Below are positions 16,003-20,000 of a stretch of 20,000 bases of DNA, in pieces (the first letter of the stretch is position 1; the number at the start of each line of letters is the position of its first letter). This DNA is from an uncultured virus (IMG/VR IMGVR_UViG_3300025671_000003) (lineage: Duplodnaviria > Heunggongvirae > Uroviricota > Caudoviricetes), in IMG/VR virus record IMGVR_UViG_3300025671_000003; one strand, 5' to 3'. The position numbers and the translations under genes were made by a program. The notes beneath the pieces were generated by a model. That model had not been told where the DNA came from and ran no database searches. It saw only the letters and a program-made list of their open reading frames with translations.

Positions 16003-16126
16003 TATATTTGTATTTTATAAAACAATAAAAACGACCAAATGAAAAGCAAAATTAAATAATTAAAGCACCCTTTAGCAAGTTTCGGTTTCTTGGTCGTTAC
16101 CTATGTCTTGTTGATGTGGTGCTTTA
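16003..16126 (+). promoter_or_regulatory. -7 promoter element and structured 5' leader of the replication operon
   Basis: TATATTTG at 16003-16010 (no clear -33); hairpin 16061-16126 whose loop is complementary to 16030-16038. Confidence 0.5.
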
Positions 16127-16141
16127 TAATATACGGAATGT

Positions 16142-16666
16142 ATGAAATTTTTAGAAAAAGATTTGGAACAAATCATTTATGAAACAGAGCCATTGGAATT
16201 ATGTAAAAGAGGGATTTATTTTTTAGATGGTAAGGCTTTAAGACAATTAAGGATTGGAAATTATGGTGTTGCTGATTTAGTTTATTTTAATAGGGAATTA
16301 ACAACAATGGATAATAAATTTGAACCGTTTCTTAATATAAATATAGTTGAGTTGAAAAAAGATAAGATTGGTATATCTGCTTTATTACAATCAGTAAATT
16401 ATTTAAAAGGAATTAAGAGTTATATTGAACAAAGAAAACCTAAATTACATGTATCTTATAACATCACTTTAATAGGAAAAACAATAGATACATCTGGTTC
16501 TTTTATATATCTAACAGATATTATTAATGCTGGTGATTGTTTTGGGTTTAATGAATTTAATAGCTTATCAAAATTGAGTTATTATACTTATGATTATAAT
16601 ATTGATGGGCTGAAATTTAAATCTCATTGTAATTACACACTAAAAGATGAGGGTTTTAAATTATGA
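16142..16666 (+). CDS. Restriction-endonuclease-fold (NucS-like PD-(D/E)XK) protein
   Basis: LEKDLEQII, RQLRIGNYGVADLV, IVELKK, ALLQSVNY. Confidence 0.7.
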   Translation: MKFLEKDLEQIIYETEPLELCKRGIYFLDGKALRQLRIGNYGVADLVYFNRELTTMDNKFEPFLNINIVELKKDKIGISALLQSVNYLKGIKSYIEQRKPKLHVSYNITLIGKTIDTSGSFIYLTDIINAGDCFGFNEFNSLSKLSYYTYDYNIDGLKFKSHCNYTLKDEGFKL

Positions 16667-17442
16667 GAATTAACGGATTTACACAGATAAAAGCGTTTTA
16701 TTCTTGGACTTTTAGTCATCAAGAAAAACAAATAAAACCACAACATATTAGTTTATACTTATTCTTACTTAATCAAAACAATCGTAATAATTGGATTGAG
16801 TGGTTTAAATGCCCTTTTGATTTAGCTATGACTGGTAGTTGTATTTCAAGCAAAAAAACTTATTATAAGTGCTTAAACGAGCTACAAGAGTGGAAGTTAA
16901 TACAATATCAAAAAGGTAGTAATAATTGGAAAGCTCCACTAATAAAAATAGAGGTACTAAAAGACGCCTCTACTGTACCTCAAAGTGAACCTCAAGTGTT
17001 ACAAGCAGACGAACCTCTACTTACCCTACTACCTACCCATATATATAAACTAATAACAGATAACATAGAACGTGTAAGTAAACATCTCCCGCAATGGATT
17101 TCTAATTTAGACGGTGAGCCTATAAAAAATGATTTAGATTCTAATGAAAAATTTTTAAGCTGGTTTAATAAAGGTAGAACTTTATATTTAGAAATACCAT
17201 CAAATGTTAATAGATTAACTCAAATAGATAAATCTAATCTACATAAACTTAAAGAAAGTTATTCTAAAGAAGATTTTAATATAGCTCTACATAATATCTG
17301 TAATGATAAGTGGGCTAATGAAACTAATAACATAATGCCTAAACACTTTCTAAATGAAGATAATTTTGCTAAATATCTAAATATGGAAAAGAAGCCGTTA
17401 ATATCTAAGTCTAAAAAAGTGAGGTTAGGATGGAAAATATAA
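16663..17442 (+). CDS. Replication initiator / replisome organizer
   Basis: N-terminal wHTH-like region (ISLYLFLL, SKKTYYKCLNELQEWKLIQY), repetitive linker, C-terminal helical domain (PKHFLNEDNFAKYLN); upstream of helicase. Confidence 0.75.
   Translation: MRINGFTQIKAFYSWTFSHQEKQIKPQHISLYLFLLNQNNRNNWIEWFKCPFDLAMTGSCISSKKTYYKCLNELQEWKLIQYQKGSNNWKAPLIKIEVLKDASTVPQSEPQVLQADEPLLTLLPTHIYKLITDNIERVSKHLPQWISNLDGEPIKNDLDSNEKFLSWFNKGRTLYLEIPSNVNRLTQIDKSNLHKLKESYSKEDFNIALHNICNDKWANETNNIMPKHFLNEDNFAKYLNMEKKPLISKSKKVRLGWKI
16972..17043. repeat. Degenerate 12-bp tandem repeats, putative origin iterons
   Basis: ACTGTACCTCAA AGTGAACCTCAA GTGTTACAAGCA GACGAACCTCTA CTTACCCTACTA CCTACCCATATA followed by AT-rich DNA, inside the initiator gene. 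Confidence 0.5.
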
Positions 17443-18353
17443 CAAAACAAGATAGCATAAACGAATATTTACAAGACTATCACGCTGGTAAAATATCTAA
17501 AGGCTTAGATACTGGATTATCTAAATTAGATGATTCAATAAGATTTAAAGATGGTCAATTAGTTATTATAAATGGGTTAGATAATGTTGGTAAAACAATA
17601 TGGATGCTATGGTATTTTCTTTGTTTATCAATTAAACATAATCTTAAATGGTGTATTTATAGTGGAGAGAATAAAGCTGGTCAATTAGTTAGGCAATTAA
17701 TACAGTTTAAGACTGGTAAGAGATTAAAAGATTTACAGTTAAGTGAAGTTTTTAGACACGAAATAGAAATAAAAGAATGGTTTACTTTTGTAGATAATTC
17801 TAACTTATACAAAACAAAAGACTTGTTTAAGATTTATAAGTCTGGAGATTTTAACGGTTGTTTAATAGACCCTTTTACTGGATTAGATAGAGAATTTACT
17901 CACGCTGCAAATTATCAGTTTTTAAATGAATGTAGAGATTTTTGTAATCAAACAAATAAAACTCTTTATGTTAATACACACGTAGTAAGTGAGGCAGCAC
18001 GTAGAACTTATGGAGAGGGTCACGAATACGCTGGTTATCCATTCCCACCAAGTAAAGCACAAAGCGAGGGTGGTCAACCATTCGGTAATAGAACAGATGA
18101 TTTTATTACAATTCATAGATTAGTAGGGCATCCAATTAAAAACTATATTACAGATGTTTACATAAGAAAAATAAAAGATACTGAAACTGGTGGAATGGTA
18201 ACTTCAATAGAAGACCCGTTAGAATTTAATTTTAATGCTGGATTAGGTTTTACTTTAGATGGAATTAACCCATTGAGTGAAACTAAAAAAGATGATTTAG
18301 AATTAAGCAGTTTAGAAACAAATAAAGATTTTGACAATGAGTGTCCTTTCTAA
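17430..18353 (+). CDS. DnaB-like (SF4) replicative helicase, motor domain only
   Basis: GLDTGLSKLD, Walker A GLDNVGKT, YSGEN, Walker B CLIDP, NTH, NRTDDFITIHR, KIKDTETGG. Confidence 0.88.
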   Translation: MENITKQDSINEYLQDYHAGKISKGLDTGLSKLDDSIRFKDGQLVIINGLDNVGKTIWMLWYFLCLSIKHNLKWCIYSGENKAGQLVRQLIQFKTGKRLKDLQLSEVFRHEIEIKEWFTFVDNSNLYKTKDLFKIYKSGDFNGCLIDPFTGLDREFTHAANYQFLNECRDFCNQTNKTLYVNTHVVSEAARRTYGEGHEYAGYPFPPSKAQSEGGQPFGNRTDDFITIHRLVGHPIKNYITDVYIRKIKDTETGGMVTSIEDPLEFNFNAGLGFTLDGINPLSETKKDDLELSSLETNKDFDNECPF

Positions 18354-18558
18354 AGACGATATAACTAAATTAAAAATAAACGATAGTATTCAATTTTTAC
18401 AAGGTCAATTAGAACTTTATAAGATAGAATTTGCTAATACTGGAGATAATAAGTATATTGCTACAATGAACGATATTAAAAAGTCTATTGAAGTTATTGA
18501 TTTTTTAGATAGGGCTTTAATGTATAGGACTAAGCAATATATAAAACTAAAAAGATAA
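18331..18558 (+). CDS. Hypothetical protein
   Basis: 75 aa helical ORF; start may be 18337. Confidence 0.55.
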   Translation: MTMSVLSKDDITKLKINDSIQFLQGQLELYKIEFANTGDNKYIATMNDIKKSIEVIDFLDRALMYRTKQYIKLKR

Positions 18559-18567
18559 AAACAAATA

Positions 18568-18795
18568 ATGAAACCAATAAACAAACATCTTGTATCAATA
18601 AACACTATATTCACAATACACGAAAAGAAGTATAAGGTGATAACAATAGGTAAATTAAGAGGAACTAAAAGAGGTTGGTTTATTAGACCTTTATCTGGTG
18701 GTAGAGATTTCTTTAAAGACGCTTATGAATTAGATAAAATACTAAGAAAGCATAAGGCAGAAAATCAACATCTTTTGTATGATGTAAATTTATGA
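18568..18795 (+). CDS. Hypothetical protein
   Basis: 75 aa basic ORF with A-rich leader. Confidence 0.6.
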   Translation: MKPINKHLVSINTIFTIHEKKYKVITIGKLRGTKRGWFIRPLSGGRDFFKDAYELDKILRKHKAENQHLLYDVNL

Positions 18796-19037
18796 AGAAA
18801 TATAAAAAAATATATATTGACTATTATGATTATTGCGAAAGTGATGTAATACTTTGTGAGATTTGTAAATCTGTTGCCGTTGATATACACCATTTAATAG
18901 CTAAAGGAATGGGTGGTAGTAAAACAAAAGATTATATTGAAAACTTAATAGCAGTTTGTAGAGATTGTCATAACAAATGCCACGCAAGTATAGAGTTTAA
19001 TAGTAAAGCCAAAGAGATACATAAAAACAATTTATGA
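18792..19037 (+). CDS. HNH endonuclease
   Basis: CEIC....DIHH.....MGGS.....IENLIAVCRDCHNKCH. Confidence 0.9.
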   Translation: MKKYKKIYIDYYDYCESDVILCEICKSVAVDIHHLIAKGMGGSKTKDYIENLIAVCRDCHNKCHASIEFNSKAKEIHKNNL

Positions 19038-19357
19038 AAGTAAACATTAAACCACTATCAGTTAATCAATGTTGGCAGGGCAAAAGATATAAGACACCAA
19101 AGTATAAGGCTTATGAAACTGAATTAATGTATTTATTGCCTAATATAAAGCTACCTAAACCACCTTATGAGATAAAGTTTACATTTGGTTTCAGTAGTAA
19201 GTTAAGCGACTGGGATAACCCTATAAAACCGTTTCAAGATATACTTCAAAAGAGATATAATTTTGATGATAGAGATATATTTATAGCAGTAATTGAAAAA
19301 AAGATTGTTGCTAAAGGTAGTGAGTTTATTGAGTTTGATATAAAAAGCATAAAATAA
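19034..19357 (+). CDS. rusA: RusA-like Holliday junction resolvase
   Basis: KPLSVNQCWQG, SDWDNPIKPFQDIL, FDDRDI. Confidence 0.85.
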   Translation: MKVNIKPLSVNQCWQGKRYKTPKYKAYETELMYLLPNIKLPKPPYEIKFTFGFSSKLSDWDNPIKPFQDILQKRYNFDDRDIFIAVIEKKIVAKGSEFIEFDIKSIK

Positions 19358-19378
19358 ATTAAAAAAGATTGATAAAAG

Positions 19379-19435
19379 TTTGTATATATAAAATATATAT
19401 GTATCTTTACATTATAATTTAAAACAAACGATATG
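19379..19435 (+). promoter_or_regulatory. Promoter (-33/-7 variant) plus conserved leader
   Basis: TTTG (19379-19382), 19 nt, TATCTTTA (19402-19409), then ATTTAAAACAAACGATATG; parallels 9188-9246. Confidence 0.65.
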
Positions 19436-19663
19436 AAAAATTTAGAAACTTACAAAAAAGCAAACTTAGAAACTTTAATACCTACAACTATTAGATTAAA
19501 AGATAATAGCACTGAAATAGTAATGATACCAAAAAAAGAATTATGGTACGAAGCTACTGCTTTTAGTGGACATAAATCATCTGGTTTTAGATTGGATAAA
19601 TTACAAATAGCATTAGACAATAGAGATGTAAATTATAAAACTGCTTTTTATGCGTTCATCTAA
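19433..19663 (+). CDS. Hypothetical protein in its own transcription unit
   Basis: 76 aa ORF bracketed by promoter/leader and downstream hairpin. Confidence 0.7.
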   Translation: MKNLETYKKANLETLIPTTIRLKDNSTEIVMIPKKELWYEATAFSGHKSSGFRLDKLQIALDNRDVNYKTAFYAFI

Positions 19664-19708
19664 AAAGAAACTAATTGAAGTTTCAGAAATTTTTAAGTAA
19701 ATAATAAA

Positions 19709-19733
19709 TAAAGGGGAGTGAAATTCCCCTTTA
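19709..19733 (+). terminator. Terminator-like hairpin
   Basis: TAAAGGGGAG-tgaaa-TTCCCCTTTA. Confidence 0.65.
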
Positions 19734-19746
19734 AAAATATTGAACT

Positions 19747-19881
19747 ATGAAAGACAAAACAAAAGGCAAGATACTAAACTTAAAAATAAGCTGGTGGGAA
19801 GCATTAGAAAAGCTATCTAAAGAAAAGAGTACTAATGTAACAATAGAGATAAGAGAAGCTATAAGAAAACATCTAAAATAG
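19747..19881 (+). CDS. 44 aa ribbon-helix-helix (CopG/Arc-like) protein (not in ORF track)
   Basis: MKDKTKGKILNLKISWWEALEKLSKEKSTNVTIEIREAIRKHLK: beta strand, helix, helix with IREAI. Confidence 0.65.
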   Translation: MKDKTKGKILNLKISWWEALEKLSKEKSTNVTIEIREAIRKHLK

Positions 19882-19888
19882 ATTAGTT

Positions 19889-20000
19889 ATGAGTATAGAA
19901 GAAATAAAAATACATAATTGCAATAATAATACAACAATTTTTAATACGGATGATTGGATTAAGAATGATGATTTTATAAAATTTGCTAAGTCTAAACAAC
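19889..20000 (+). CDS. Partial ORF truncated by window end
   Basis: MSIEEIKIHNCNNNTTIFNTDDWIKNDDFIKFAKSKQ..., open to 20000. Confidence 0.45.
   Translation, partial: MSIEEIKIHNCNNNTTIFNTDDWIKNDDFIKFAKSKQ

Noticed and set aside
15545..16141. tRNA genes in the ORF-track gap
   Set aside because: No cloverleaf or T-loop GTTCRA consensus; the gap is explained by two short ORFs and two non-tRNA stem-loops.
645..18614. Minus-strand ORFs in the track (645-995, 1197-1457, 2700-3008, 3532-3729, 3970-4179, 9881-10243, 11518-11718, 14680-14928, 17259-17450, 17922-18116, 18417-18614) and + ORF 5167-5367
   Set aside because: All are shadows of well-supported + strand genes, with S/F/L-rich antisense composition and no recognisable motifs.

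Overview
AT-rich fragment of a tailed dsDNA phage (or prophage) genome with essentially all genes on the + strand. A Bacteroidota (Flavobacteriia-like) host is inferred from TTTG-N19-TAnnTTTG promoters, A-rich starts without Shine-Dalgarno sites and a DUF3127 gene. Order: ClpP-type prohead protease/scaffold, major capsid, tail-tube-like protein, portal, head-tail adaptor, LamG-like fibre (1-5.9 kb); lysis region interrupted by an exonuclease + DUF1599 cassette and ending in a probable unimolecular spanin (5.9-9.1 kb); early/recombination genes (Sak, PD-(D/E)XK nuclease, SSB); replication genes (initiator with iteron-like repeats, DnaB-like helicase, HNH, RusA). The standout is a five-gene cassette at 11.2-14.1 kb in which an ectoine-synthase (EctC)-like cupin lies between an IbrA/YbdN PAPS-reductase-family gene and an IbrB/YbdM ParB-fold gene, followed by a Trp/His-rich unknown gene and a stand-alone copy of the IbrA C-terminal domain: a candidate undescribed DNA-modification or small-molecule pathway. 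Also notable are two candidate structured RNAs (15.55 and 16.03 kb) and near-total avoidance of GATC and CATG. All family assignments are from motif recognition by eye, not database searches.
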